From the NCBI GenBank assembly GCA_965369655.1, contig CBDUQR010000001.1:32001-96000 (forward strand): a stretch of 64,000 nt of DNA, read 5' to 3'. The first letter of the stretch is position 1, and each line of letters begins with the position of its first letter. Under the pieces are notes generated by a model that saw only the letters and a program-made list of their open reading frames with translations, made no database searches and was not told the origin of the DNA. The stretch is from an uncultured bacterium. Lineage in GTDB: Bacteria; Zixibacteria; MSB-5A5; JAABVY01; JAHJOQ01. Of this stretch, positions 20,605 to 30,757 are shown one piece after another. The position numbers and the translations under genes are program-made.

Positions 20605-22647
20605 ATGGAGCGATCTGCGGTAATAGTCTCGGCTGTCGTAGTAATCCTGGCCGTCTGCGCCAGATTGCTGGGTGCTCTCTACCCCGAGAGCAGACTATGG
20701 GGCGTCAGCCATCTGGCGTATTTCTCAAGCCCTGCGAAGTACTTTCTCCTGTTGATTCCAATGATGGCTCTGATTCCTGCGGTTAATCGACTGCTTCAGA
20801 AAGCGATCGGAAGAATGGGCGATTTTGTTTTCGGACAGGAACTCCGAAGGAAGAGACTTACATGGCTTGCGATAATCTGCGCGGCGGTGGCGATCTTCAT
20901 CATCTTCCGACAGCCGACGCATTTCCTGGGAGACGGCTATCGCTGGCTTGGGAATCTTCAGAAATTCACGACCTGGATCAAATGGTCCGAGCCGCTGGAG
21001 ATTCTAATGCATCTCGGCCTGTATCAGCTTTTCAATCCCATCGTGGAAGACGCGGCGTTATTGTCATATCAGATCGTCAGCATCGCCGCAGGCGGAGTGT
21101 ATGTTTGTCTCGCTCTCGTCGCAGCCGGTAGCATCGCAGAATCGAGATTCGAGAAGGCGTCGGTTTTTGGAATACTGATTGCGCTCGGATCCACCCTGAT
21201 GTTTTTCGGTTACGCCGAGCATTACGCGCTCGCGTATGTATCGATATTCGGTTCGCTCCTGTACGCCACTCGATACACTGAGTCAGGCAGGAGGCTGGAC
21301 CTGGTCGTCTCGTTGATATTCGGGCTGCTCTCGACACTGTCTCATTTCCTTTCTGCAGTAATGATCCCGATTTACCTCTGTTATTTTACGTTCGCTCCGG
21401 CTATGGCGAAATACCGCAGGAGAATCTCCATTACCTCTGAGATAATTCTGGCGAGCGTGGTAGTCGCCGCCGGAGTGATTGCGCTGACTCTGATCGGGTC
21501 TGAACATTCGCATTTCAAGAATATCCTCTTGCCGATTCTGAATTCGCCGCAGGGTTCACCTGCGCCTGCTGTACTGTCGTTGCAGCATCTCTATGATCTG
21601 CTCAATGAACTTGTGCTGGTTGGAGATGTCCTGTTTTTTCTCGGAATTGCCCTGATCGTAGTTTTCTGGAAGCAACTGAAGCGTTCAAAGCCGATCAGAT
21701 TGCTTTTGGTGGCGGCAGTTTTCCAATTTGCGTTTCTTCTGTTCCTGGATCCGAAGCTCGGAGCAGCCTGTGACTGGGACCTTTTCGCGCCTTCCACGAC
21801 CGCCCTGACACTGCTGTCAGTTTTCCTGATTGTCAGATCGATACGAAGCGAGAACGTCAGGCGATACGTCTTGACAGTCGTCATGGTCGGCATGATTTGC
21901 GCAGTCCTGCCCTGGTGGTTGCTGAACTCCAGCGAGGAGAAATCAATCGCCAGGTATTCGCATCTGACCGACCTCGACTGGGAGCGAAGCAAGGCGGGCA
22001 GGATCATTCTCCGCGGATACTTCAGGGTCAGGGGCGATTCACTTCGGGCTGCAGAGGAAGATCGGGAGATAACGCGACTCTTCCCGGCGGTACCACTGCT
22101 CGAGACTGCGGAAAGATACTTGGACGATGGTGATCGAGAGATGGCGATGCTCTATGCTGATTCGGTCTTACTATACGCGCCGGATTCTCCAGGAGCATAC
22201 AATGTCAAGGGCAGGGTGTACATTGACCGGCAGGACTTCGAGATGGCAAGGAAATTTCTCACGAAGGCGGTGTGGATACAAGGTGAATCGCCAGCGATCA
22301 GGTGTAACCTCGGGATTGCTCTATACTCACTCGGTGACAAGGCTGGCGCATTGAAACAGCTCGAGAAGGCAGTCGAACTCGAAAAAGGTGATCCAGTCTT
22401 CTTCAGTACGCTTGCGAGCGTCTATTCGAGCGTGGGAAAGCTGACAGAGAGCAGCGATGCGTTCAAGAGAGCAATCGCCCTCGATTCCACGTTCACAGAA
22501 GCATATTTCCGACTGGCATCCGTACAGGAGGCGCTCGGAGAACGCTCCGATGCGATAAGCAATTTCAGAGCTTTCATTCGCATGTCGGATGATTCTGTGA
22601 GGATGCGGGAAGCCGAGAGTCACCTCAGATCACTCGGCGCACGGTAA
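20605..22647 (+). CDS. Multi-pass membrane protein (GT-C-like) with C-terminal TPR repeats
   Basis: Many TM segments with HFLGDG, FFGYAEHY, DWDLF; TPRs (AYNVKG, NLGIAL, AYFRLA). Confidence 0.7.
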   Translation: MERSAVIVSAVVVILAVCARLLGALYPESRLWGVSHLAYFSSPAKYFLLLIPMMALIPAVNRLLQKAIGRMGDFVFGQELRRKRLTWLAIICAAVAIFIIFRQPTHFLGDGYRWLGNLQKFTTWIKWSEPLEILMHLGLYQLFNPIVEDAALLSYQIVSIAAGGVYVCLALVAAGSIAESRFEKASVFGILIALGSTLMFFGYAEHYALAYVSIFGSLLYATRYTESGRRLDLVVSLIFGLLSTLSHFLSAVMIPIYLCYFTFAPAMAKYRRRISITSEIILASVVVAAGVIALTLIGSEHSHFKNILLPILNSPQGSPAPAVLSLQHLYDLLNELVLVGDVLFFLGIALIVVFWKQLKRSKPIRLLLVAAVFQFAFLLFLDPKLGAACDWDLFAPSTTALTLLSVFLIVRSIRSENVRRYVLTVVMVGMICAVLPWWLLNSSEEKSIARYSHLTDLDWERSKAGRIILRGYFRVRGDSLRAAEEDREITRLFPAVPLLETAERYLDDGDREMAMLYADSVLLYAPDSPGAYNVKGRVYIDRQDFEMARKFLTKAVWIQGESPAIRCNLGIALYSLGDKAGALKQLEKAVELEKGDPVFFSTLASVYSSVGKLTESSDAFKRAIALDSTFTEAYFRLASVQEALGERSDAISNFRAFIRMSDDSVRMREAESHLRSLGAR

Positions 22648-22688
22648 TAGTTTTGTCCGGCACACAACCTTCTCAACAGGTAGCAAAA

Positions 22689-25097
22689 TTAATCGACAAG
22701 GAAACCGCCGAGACTTACGGTGAAGCGCCTGGCGTCATAGTCCGACAGATTCCACGCGAAGTATACTTTGAAATTCAGCGGAGAAATTCTTCCGACATGG
22801 AATCCTATCTCGCTGAATGGCTTTCTCGCCTCGGCGTATTCGACACTGCTCCATGCTCCACTCTGATTCCTTTGTTCGGTCCAGAATGCGCCGCCAAAAA
22901 TCCCGATAGAAAATGGAATATCCCTGATAAGTGGTATTCCGCTTTTTGTAAACAGGTATCGCCCGAAGTCGTGCGATACATAGAATGCGGCGGCTCGATC
23001 ACCGACATAGTTGGTGTCGAGCAGTGTCTTGAAGTAGAGATTGTGCATCAGAGGTCCCGCACCGAAGTCGACAGTGAAACTTCTCTGCACAGGTAATGCC
23101 CTGTCGGATGAGCCGGCGAACAACGAAAACTCTGTGGTTCCAAGTCCGAGCGTTTGCTGCTGCCGATGCAGTCGTACGAAGTAGCGTCGATAGTGAAAAT
23201 CACTTTCGATCATATGCGGATCGGAAGCCTCGAATCCCGCCTCAAAAATCGTATACTCTCTGCTGAAACTGAGTACATCCTCACCCTTAATCCTGAGAAG
23301 CTTTCGCGAATCATATTCGAAGAGAACCGACGCCGCACGAAGTTTGCCGTCATCGATTTCCGGGTTGATTCGATGACGCCTGTCGGACCCGATAAGACCG
23401 AAATCTGTTGCGGTCGAGACGGAGTAATGGTTCTGGTCGAGGTACCTGACTGTCAATCGTGTGTGATCTAGGAGCTTTGCGCCAATACCGAGATCGAATC
23501 CTCTTTCGAGGTAGTAGTCAAACGGATCTATCCTGGCAAGCGCCGCCATAAACGTCGGATTCGATTCTCCCGCTGAGACGACTGTCGGACGCGGTGTAAT
23601 CCTGTCGTGATAGCCTGCCGATAGTCTGAGTTTCCGGTTCTTGTGTAGAGTGTAGCTGGCTCTGTAGTCGTGCTGCCAGTATTCTCCGGTGAAGGCATAA
23701 CCAGACTTCAATTTGATCTCTGTATTGGGAATGAGATTTCTGAATCTCTTCCCGAGGCCGAGATATGTACCCTCAACTCGGTTGAAATGGAAAAAGTCAT
23801 TCGGCGCGACGGTCAGGTAGAGTGCCGCCAGACCTCCCCGGAGCAGCAGTTTCGGAATCGATTTCGGAGCATGGGCAATCGAGTCAATGTGTTGATACCC
23901 GCCCAACTCCTCGACAGTCAGGGGGATCATCTGACCCGCTTCCCAGGTCGTGGAATCGACATTGTCGACACCCTCGGCGATTTCGAGTATGTACTCGTCG
24001 AATGTACCTTTGGGATGTTCGATGTTGAACTCGTACTCATGGAGCGCCGCGACATAGTCGATGAAGTAGATTGGCAGACCCGGAATCGGCACGTCGATAT
24101 CGAATTCGAGCCGGATCTCGATAGGCATCCAGAACTCATCTTCGAATATCCCATATTTTTGAATGAATCGAAGATTCTCGAAAAATGGCGTCTCTACACC
24201 CTCGCTGAACGTGGCATCCACACCGACAATATCGTAAGTCGAGTCGGCTATCATAATCTCGCCTACAAGCATCGGATCGATCTTGTTCTTCGGCTCGATT
24301 TCCAGCCTGAAGACATATTTTCCATCGAGAACAAGAGTGTCGAGGAGATAGTAGTTGTAGTAATCGAGCGCATCCTCGGCAGTCGGCGAGACTACCGGAC
24401 GATCACCGGCGATATCGAGCCTGTTCTTGTTGAAGTCGAGTATCTCGCCTACGGTCACGGCGACCTCTCTCCCTTCCAGATTCGCCGAAACTCTGCGCGC
24501 AGTTACGATTTCTTTGTACTTGTCCGGTCTCTCCCAAAATGACTCAAGCTGGGTCTCGACGAGATACGCGATACTCGAAGAGTCATCCTCACCCTCGTCA
24601 CGCACTACTATCTTCGTATACGCCCGAACTGCATAACTTTTGACTTTGGATAGAATCTCTTCCTTTCTCTTGATCGCTTCAACAATGATCCGCTGGCCTG
24701 CGCTGAGAGCCTGAGCGGTGACCGTGATTCCCGGCACCTCGACACGCATCGGTCGTAAGTAAATATCGCGCGTGACATCGGCGTTGGTCACATTGACGTC
24801 AATCGTCTCCGACAGATAAGCGAGATGGCTGAATTTCAGTTGATACTCGCCATTCCTGAGCCTGAACCTGTATTCCCCTGTCTCGTTCGCAGACATCGAT
24901 TGCCCTGTCGATTCGTCCCTGACCGTTGCATACGGTATCGGCTGATTGGTCTGTGCGTCGTAGACTGTACCGACGATCACGCCCGCAACAGATATGTTCG
25001 GTAAGATGATTACGGCGAGAAGGGCGACAGGGAGCCAGGTCATTCCGAACAGTTTCAAGTTTTTCACACAATGATCTTTCAGTTCGTGCCGGGTCAA
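22689..25097 (-). CDS. Outer-membrane protein, carboxypeptidase-regulatory-like domain plus DUF5686-like barrel
   Basis: GTVYDAQTNQPIPYATV N-domain; SPTA..ALDYYNYYL; FNRVEG; beta-rich C-terminus. Start uncertain (25043-25097). Confidence 0.75.
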   Translation of the reverse strand: MTRHELKDHCVKNLKLFGMTWLPVALLAVIILPNISVAGVIVGTVYDAQTNQPIPYATVRDESTGQSMSANETGEYRFRLRNGEYQLKFSHLAYLSETIDVNVTNADVTRDIYLRPMRVEVPGITVTAQALSAGQRIIVEAIKRKEEILSKVKSYAVRAYTKIVVRDEGEDDSSSIAYLVETQLESFWERPDKYKEIVTARRVSANLEGREVAVTVGEILDFNKNRLDIAGDRPVVSPTAEDALDYYNYYLLDTLVLDGKYVFRLEIEPKNKIDPMLVGEIMIADSTYDIVGVDATFSEGVETPFFENLRFIQKYGIFEDEFWMPIEIRLEFDIDVPIPGLPIYFIDYVAALHEYEFNIEHPKGTFDEYILEIAEGVDNVDSTTWEAGQMIPLTVEELGGYQHIDSIAHAPKSIPKLLLRGGLAALYLTVAPNDFFHFNRVEGTYLGLGKRFRNLIPNTEIKLKSGYAFTGEYWQHDYRASYTLHKNRKLRLSAGYHDRITPRPTVVSAGESNPTFMAALARIDPFDYYLERGFDLGIGAKLLDHTRLTVRYLDQNHYSVSTATDFGLIGSDRRHRINPEIDDGKLRAASVLFEYDSRKLLRIKGEDVLSFSREYTIFEAGFEASDPHMIESDFHYRRYFVRLHRQQQTLGLGTTEFSLFAGSSDRALPVQRSFTVDFGAGPLMHNLYFKTLLDTNYVGDRAAAFYVSHDFGRYLFTKSGIPLIRDIPFSIGIFGGAFWTEQRNQSGAWSSVEYAEARKPFSEIGFHVGRISPLNFKVYFAWNLSDYDARRFTVSLGGFLVD

Positions 25098-25230
25098 AAC
25101 TGGACAACACTCCCCTGATCCAGTGGCGTTATCAGCTTATACGTGGCGCCGGGGAAATTGATTCATTCGAGTTGGATAAACTTCTGTGCTCGACAGATGT
25201 CTCTCGTCACCCCCGCATGCATATCTCGAT

Positions 25231-25330
25231 CGTCACCCCTGCGGAGGCAGGGGTCCAGTCAAGTCTATTAGTCTGCAACATTTACGCTTTCTGAATCTGG
25301 CTCTGGATTCCCGCCTGCGCGGGAATGACG
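25231..25330. repeat. Paired REP-like element (GTCATTCCCGCG..GCGGGAATCCAG family)
   Basis: CGTCACCCCTGCGGAGGCAGGGGTCCAG (25231-58) and inverted CTGGATTCCCGCCTGCGCGGGAATGACG (25303-30). Confidence 0.8.
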
Positions 25331-25345
25331 AGAGCTCTTGCGGGG

Positions 25346-25546
25346 CTAGTCCCGGTTCCCGAAATCCTTATTGATCTCAGTAAGTATCGAGTCGACATCC
25401 AATCCCTTCGACTGGATCAACTCTGCAATTGTGCCCCAGAAAACCTCGCCGCACTGGACACACATGATACCCTTTCTCATCAGGTATGTGCTGAGAGCTG
25501 GGTACTGATCGAGAAGATCATCGACATGGTCATCAGGTCTAATCAC
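25346..25546 (-). CDS. DUF1858-like small CxxC protein
   Basis: LLDQYP...GIMCVQC...TIAE pattern, 66 aa. Confidence 0.7.
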   Translation of the reverse strand: MIRPDDHVDDLLDQYPALSTYLMRKGIMCVQCGEVFWGTIAELIQSKGLDVDSILTEINKDFGNRD

Positions 25547-25629
25547 TCAATTCCCCGTTGTGAGTTTTATCGCTTTCAAGATAGTTGCATACGGTCAAAT
25601 GGCAATCGGAATTGTGCATATGTAATATT

Positions 25630-25750
25630 GTGGCCGGCAGACCTCCCGATCTGCCGCTCTCCTACAATTACAGACCTGACGGGGCAGACCCTTCGAAGCT
25701 CAGGACTTGCCCTTCGAAGCTCAGGACTCGCGTGGACGTCTGCCGCCCAC
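25630..25750. repeat. Composite REP-like region with a 19-bp tandem direct repeat
   Basis: GGCAGAC/GTCTGCC arms enclosing CCCTTCGAAGCTCAGGACT twice (25689-707, 25710-728). Confidence 0.65.
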
Positions 25751-25882
25751 GTATAAGTATTACTGTTGCGTGATCTGTCGACTCGACATTACATTGTCGG
25801 AAACGAATTGCCGAACAAAGGCAGGAAGCTAATAGTCGGATTCAACGAAGAGACCTGTGAAGAAGTGATAAGCTAAGACAAT

Positions 25883-26827
25883 ATGTCCATGTTGGTCATA
25901 ACAGATTCCCCTGATTTCGCTCGGCATGTGATCGATAGCGACAGTGCATGGGTCGACTACTTCCCTGCTTCGGCTGATGCCGGACTGTCTGTGCTGCTCC
26001 AGAAACAATTCGGCGAGTGTAATCTGTACTCCTCCGAATCGACGATATCCGATCAGCGATTCCGTCATCTATTGATTACCGCGAGAGCATCTCGCTCGCA
26101 GTACGATATCGCAGTCGAACTTTGTAAGGAAAATGCGCCAATTTCGAACGGCACGCTCTGTCTCGCCGGTTCAGGAAATAATTTTCATGGTCAGCGGGAA
26201 CGGTCGTGGTCCAGCCCGGACGGCAACATCTATCTGACAGCGATCTTTGCGCCGAATCGAAAGATCGATCAATTCGGGCCCGGGTTCATAATGCTTCCGG
26301 CCATTGCGGTCGCGGAAGCAGCTGATTCGATTCAGGGTCTCGAAGGGCGTTCATCGATCAAATGGGTTAACGACATCCTAATCGACAAAGCCAAGATCGC
26401 GGGTGTGCTGACCTACACTCAGGCGATGGGTGACAATGTTACCGCTGCGGTTCTCGGAATCGGAGTGAATATCGAAGTCCTTCCCGATGTCGAACCGACG
26501 CCATTCGTGCCTGATGTTGGCTGTCTGGCTGATTTCATCGATGATTTCAGACTCTGCAACAGGAAGACCGCTCTCGACGGATTGATTCAAAGCCTCGACA
26601 GCAACTACCGGCTGCTTGAAAATGGTGAGTATGAGCAGTTGTTGTTCAAATATCGCAGGCGCTCGGCGGTAATCGGTAAGCATGTTGTTATTTGCAAAGA
26701 CGATGCCCGATCAGATTCTGAAGTGATCGCCGAAGGCATCGTGACAGACATTGGCTACAATTTGGAGCTAATCATCGAAAGCCACGAAAAACCTGTCACT
26801 CGAGGCAGACTGATTATCAGAGAGTAA
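25883..26827 (+). CDS. birA: Biotin-protein ligase (no HTH)
   Basis: IKWVNDI, KIAGVL, GIGVNI; atypical glycine loop GNNFHGQRERSW. Confidence 0.8.
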   Translation: MSMLVITDSPDFARHVIDSDSAWVDYFPASADAGLSVLLQKQFGECNLYSSESTISDQRFRHLLITARASRSQYDIAVELCKENAPISNGTLCLAGSGNNFHGQRERSWSSPDGNIYLTAIFAPNRKIDQFGPGFIMLPAIAVAEAADSIQGLEGRSSIKWVNDILIDKAKIAGVLTYTQAMGDNVTAAVLGIGVNIEVLPDVEPTPFVPDVGCLADFIDDFRLCNRKTALDGLIQSLDSNYRLLENGEYEQLLFKYRRRSAVIGKHVVICKDDARSDSEVIAEGIVTDIGYNLELIIESHEKPVTRGRLIIRE

Positions 26828-26879
26828 TTCATTGAGCAAATAGACATGAAGGCTAAAGAAATATGAAAGGGGATATAGA

Positions 26880-27839
26880 ATGAATCCGCAGCTAATGTAC
26901 CAAGCATACTCAGATGAAGCATTGGTGAAGAGACTAACTGCTGAACAATACCAAACTTTTGTGGCGATGCCATTCAGTGATCACGGTTTCTACCGCTCCA
27001 AAGAAGTACGCGAGTTGATAACCTCAAGTCTTACAGCTATCGACTCGATTCCCGGAAGATCAGCAGATAACCCATCATTAGCAAAACCAACCAGAATCGA
27101 CGATACTGGGGACTTTGCTTACACCATCACCGACAGTATAGTAGAAATGATACTTAGCACAAATTTCTTCATTGCTGATGTCACCGGAAACAATGCTGGA
27201 GTTCTGTTAGAACTCGGAATAGCTCTTGCAGCAAGGAAAGGTTCTGAGTCAATATTGGTTCTAACACAAGGGGAATTCGACGAACTCCATTTTGACATTA
27301 GGAACCTCAAAGTAGTTCAGTACACTGAGACAAATCTAAAAGAAAAGTTACAGGCAGCTATGAATGTTATGATTCAACGTGAGGATGAGAATAGACGAAA
27401 GTTGCTCGTTTCTATAAAAAAGAACCTACCGGCGAATTGCATTATCTGTCTGGCAGCATACTGTGCGCTTCATGAACATGAAGATCATAGTAAGCAACAG
27501 CAATCACTTTTCTTTGAGAATTCGGATTTCTGCCCACTGGACAAGAGAGAGTTACCACCTTTAGCTAAAATAGAAAAAGAGAGGGACAGGTTTCCGAATG
27601 ATGACAATGCGCGTTTGTATTTCGATCTGGCTTGCGATACTTTGGTTCGACACCATCTGCTCGTATGCGCCCACACCACCAATCTCTTGGAAGATAGTGA
27701 GACACTGACATTTGGTTATCACGCTACTGAGTTGGGCTGGTTGGTAATGAGAGAAACGAACAAGAATATTTACGAAAAAGGGTACGATAACTGGAGCAAG
27801 CACACCAAGCCAGCACTCAAAGACAAGGGAATCTTATAG
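26880..27839 (+). CDS. AT-rich gene: nucleoside 2-deoxyribosyltransferase/TIR-like domain protein
   Basis: FVAMPFS...FIADVTGNNAGVLLELGIA...FDI motif series. Confidence 0.65.
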   Translation: MNPQLMYQAYSDEALVKRLTAEQYQTFVAMPFSDHGFYRSKEVRELITSSLTAIDSIPGRSADNPSLAKPTRIDDTGDFAYTITDSIVEMILSTNFFIADVTGNNAGVLLELGIALAARKGSESILVLTQGEFDELHFDIRNLKVVQYTETNLKEKLQAAMNVMIQREDENRRKLLVSIKKNLPANCIICLAAYCALHEHEDHSKQQQSLFFENSDFCPLDKRELPPLAKIEKERDRFPNDDNARLYFDLACDTLVRHHLLVCAHTTNLLEDSETLTFGYHATELGWLVMRETNKNIYEKGYDNWSKHTKPALKDKGIL

Positions 27840-27847
27840 ATATTGTA

Positions 27848-27880
27848 AACCCACCCGCCGTTTCACTCTTGGTGGGCTAC
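27848..27880 (-). repeat. GTAG-type REP hairpin
   Basis: Minus strand GTAGCCCACCAAGAGTGAAACGGCGGGTGGGTT; same family as 40700-40735 and 41183-41200. Confidence 0.75.
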
Positions 27881-27903
27881 TGGCTGTCAGACATGCTCGG
27901 CAC

Positions 27904-27940
27904 AGAAAAAACCTGCGCGGTGAAAGTTCCGCGCAGGTTT
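27904..27940 (-). terminator. Intrinsic terminator after cheW
   Basis: AAACCTGCGCGG/CCGCGCAGGTTT stem followed by a T-run on the minus strand. Confidence 0.7.
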
Positions 27941-28043
27941 AGCCCTTCATCTATAGCCCCGTCATAACGGCGGTGCAGATGTATCGACCATTAGCCCCAA
28001 TGAACGCACCGCCTTATTTCTTTGTCGTCTCTGACAGTCCCGT

Positions 28044-28553
28044 TTACATCTGGGACAGCGCCATTCGCTCCTTCTCGGAGAACACCTTGGACAGGTCGAG
28101 GAAGATCAACAGCCGATCTTCCAGCTTGGCCACGCCCTTGATGTAATCTGAATCAACAGATGTCGCGATCTCCGGCGCCGGCTCGATCGTTTTCCTCGGC
28201 AAACGAAGTACTTCGGATACCGCATCTACGACCATCCCCATGACCTGATTCTCGATGTCGACAACCACGATACGGGTATCCTTGTCGTACTCTTTTGTCT
28301 CCATCATGAATCGCTTCCTGAGATCGATGATCGGAATCACTTTCCCTCTGAGATTGATGACGCCCTCGACAAAGTCGGGCGATCTCGGAACTTTGGTGAT
28401 CGCGACGAGCCGGTTGATCTCCTGAACTTTCAGGATGTCGACACCGAACTCCTCTTCACCTATCTTGAAGGAAACGAGTTGCAAGAGATCTTCCCCACCG
28501 GCCTCGGATGCAGCAGCGACACTGACAGTCTCGACTTCTTCAATCTTCGCCAT
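28044..28553 (-). CDS. cheW: Chemotaxis coupling protein CheW
   Basis: FGVDILKVQEI, GVINLRGKVIPIIDLR, VDAVSEV. Confidence 0.95.
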   Translation of the reverse strand: MAKIEEVETVSVAAASEAGGEDLLQLVSFKIGEEEFGVDILKVQEINRLVAITKVPRSPDFVEGVINLRGKVIPIIDLRKRFMMETKEYDKDTRIVVVDIENQVMGMVVDAVSEVLRLPRKTIEPAPEIATSVDSDYIKGVAKLEDRLLIFLDLSKVFSEKERMALSQM

Positions 28554-28624
28554 ATTTACCTCCTGAACGGCCTGTCGGCGAACAGAGCGCCGACAGACCT
28601 GTACATTCTCTTGGCAGCCTTTTG

Positions 28625-30691
28625 TTATTTCAACTGGAATCTGCCAACCATTGCTTTCAGACCCTCAGCCTGCCGGTTCAACTGTTCGGCAGCCGCAGCC
28701 GACTGCTCAGCGCCGGTGGCCGTCTCTTTGGTCACTGATGAAATCCGCTCGATATTCTTCGATATTTGCTCGGCAGCCGCAGATTGCTCTTCGGTAGCGG
28801 TTGACATCTGACCGATCATATCCATGATCTGCTGAGATACGTTGACAATCTCATTCAAGCTGTTGCCGGCTTTGTCAGCAAGTTCACGTCCTTTATCGAC
28901 CTCCTGGGTCCCTGCTTCCATCGAAGAAACGGCAGTTTCGGTTTCCTGCTGGATTCCTTTAACCATATCGGAGATTTCGCCAGTCGCTTTACCTGTACGC
29001 TCGGCGAGTTTCCTGACTTCATCTGCCACAACGGCAAAACCGCGACCGTGCTCACCTGCACGTGCTGCCTCGATCGCTGCGTTGAGCGCGAGAAGATTGG
29101 TCTGATCGGAGATATCATCGATCACACCGATGATCTCACCGATCTGGTCGGCAGAAGTGGCGAGCTTTGCGATTGATTCCGCAGATTCCCGAACCACCTC
29201 AGAGATCTTCTGCATTCCCTGAATTGTATCGTTCACGAGCTGCCCGCCCGATGTTGCGCTTTCGGAGGAGCTCTTGCTCGCCTCGTTCGCTTCACCTGCG
29301 TTCTTCGATGACTCGACGATCGTGGCTGTCATCTCCTCAATGGCAGTCGAAACCTGGTTGACCTGATCTGACTGGTCGTTTACGCCGCGCGACATCTGTT
29401 CTGATGCGGATGCGATCTCAGTGGCGGCGCTGACGAGCTGATCAGCGTTCTCTGTCGTCTCGCGGATTACAGACGAGAGATTTTCGACCATCATCTTGAA
29501 CGAGTTGCCGAGTACATCACGCTCAGATTTGGGTTCGATCTCGACTCTGAGATCGTTGGCAGCAATCGTCTCAGCGGCTGTCGCCAGCTCCTTCATGTAA
29601 TCTATTAGTTGCCTGAACGCACTCGCGAGCGCTCCAATTTCGTCCTTCGAGTCGAATTCGATAACGTGTTGAATGTCGCCCTTGGAGATTTCCTGAGCCA
29701 CAAAGGCCATGTCGGAAACCGGCTTGGAGATGCCACGCGCGATTATGAAGGCGACGAAGGCGCCGAGGAGTATAGCACCGATCACAAAACTGATTGCCAG
29801 AGTGATGGCTGTCGACTGGGCAGACTCCATTTTGTCCCGCTGCACATTGCGCAGATCGTCCAGACTCGCAACAGTCTCCCTGCCTGCCTGTACCATGAGC
29901 TCGTCGCTTATCAGCTGCTCTTCATGAAGGCCTCGATAGGTGATGAACCCACTCTCGTATTCACGCGCTGCGGCAATGATAGCATCTAACTGATCCAGGT
30001 TGATTTGTTGCCTCATCTTAGCCCTGGTCGTGTTGCACTGCTCAACGAAGTCATTGACGTGGCTCAATACGGCTTCGGCGTAGTCATCGCTCTTGCGAAT
30101 AATCCAGTTCTTTTCGGCCTGACGGATCTCCAACATGTATCTGATCAGTCGGTTGGCGTCATCGGCCTTGGCCCATCGAGCGGCCAGTTTCAAGTGACCC
30201 ACGCCCTGCGCAAGCTCGTCCTCCATCTGTTGCCTCTGGCTGGCTCTCAGCTTTGCAGCTTCTTCATTCACTTTGCGAGCTGCCTGCACCATGGTCTCCA
30301 TGGCGGTCTCGGCTTCGCCCCTCAGCCGCACCCAGTCGTTAAAGGATGCTTCGTAATCCTTGGTTTGTTTGGCAGCCGTCTCGATGGCTGCCACATCAGC
30401 CTGATCCTCGAAACGCGCTTTTGTTTCGTCGGCTTGTGCGTACATCTTGGCAGTGGTCTCGTGTACCCGATCGACATACATCATATCATTGCGCATGATG
30501 TAGTTCTTTTCCTGCTGACGACAATCCTTAGCCCACTTGATAAGTCTGTTGGCATCGTCGGCATTGGTCACGTTATTCGCAACAGTCGTAAGTCCATCCC
30601 AGCCGACATAACCAATGGCTGCAGCCAGGACAAGAACGACTCCAAAACCGATGTAAAGCTTCTTTGCAATTTTGAAATCTTTCCAACTCAT
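28625..30691 (-). CDS. Methyl-accepting chemotaxis protein (helical bimodular-like sensor, HAMP)
   Basis: Two TMs, HAMP (DEIGAL), [34 protein letters not shown]. Confidence 0.95.
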   Translation of the reverse strand: MSWKDFKIAKKLYIGFGVVLVLAAAIGYVGWDGLTTVANNVTNADDANRLIKWAKDCRQQEKNYIMRNDMMYVDRVHETTAKMYAQADETKARFEDQADVAAIETAAKQTKDYEASFNDWVRLRGEAETAMETMVQAARKVNEEAAKLRASQRQQMEDELAQGVGHLKLAARWAKADDANRLIRYMLEIRQAEKNWIIRKSDDYAEAVLSHVNDFVEQCNTTRAKMRQQINLDQLDAIIAAAREYESGFITYRGLHEEQLISDELMVQAGRETVASLDDLRNVQRDKMESAQSTAITLAISFVIGAILLGAFVAFIIARGISKPVSDMAFVAQEISKGDIQHVIEFDSKDEIGALASAFRQLIDYMKELATAAETIAANDLRVEIEPKSERDVLGNSFKMMVENLSSVIRETTENADQLVSAATEIASASEQMSRGVNDQSDQVNQVSTAIEEMTATIVESSKNAGEANEASKSSSESATSGGQLVNDTIQGMQKISEVVRESAESIAKLATSADQIGEIIGVIDDISDQTNLLALNAAIEAARAGEHGRGFAVVADEVRKLAERTGKATGEISDMVKGIQQETETAVSSMEAGTQEVDKGRELADKAGNSLNEIVNVSQQIMDMIGQMSTATEEQSAAAEQISKNIERISSVTKETATGAEQSAAAAEQLNRQAEGLKAMVGRFQLK

Positions 30692-30757
30692 CGTATCACT
30701 CCTCTTGGTTCAAATGCTCCCACTTCTTTCCAAACTGTTCGTCTGATCACAATCCCC

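Noticed and set aside
25689-25728. CRISPR array
   Set aside because: Only two 19-bp copies separated by 2 nt, with no spacers or cas genes.
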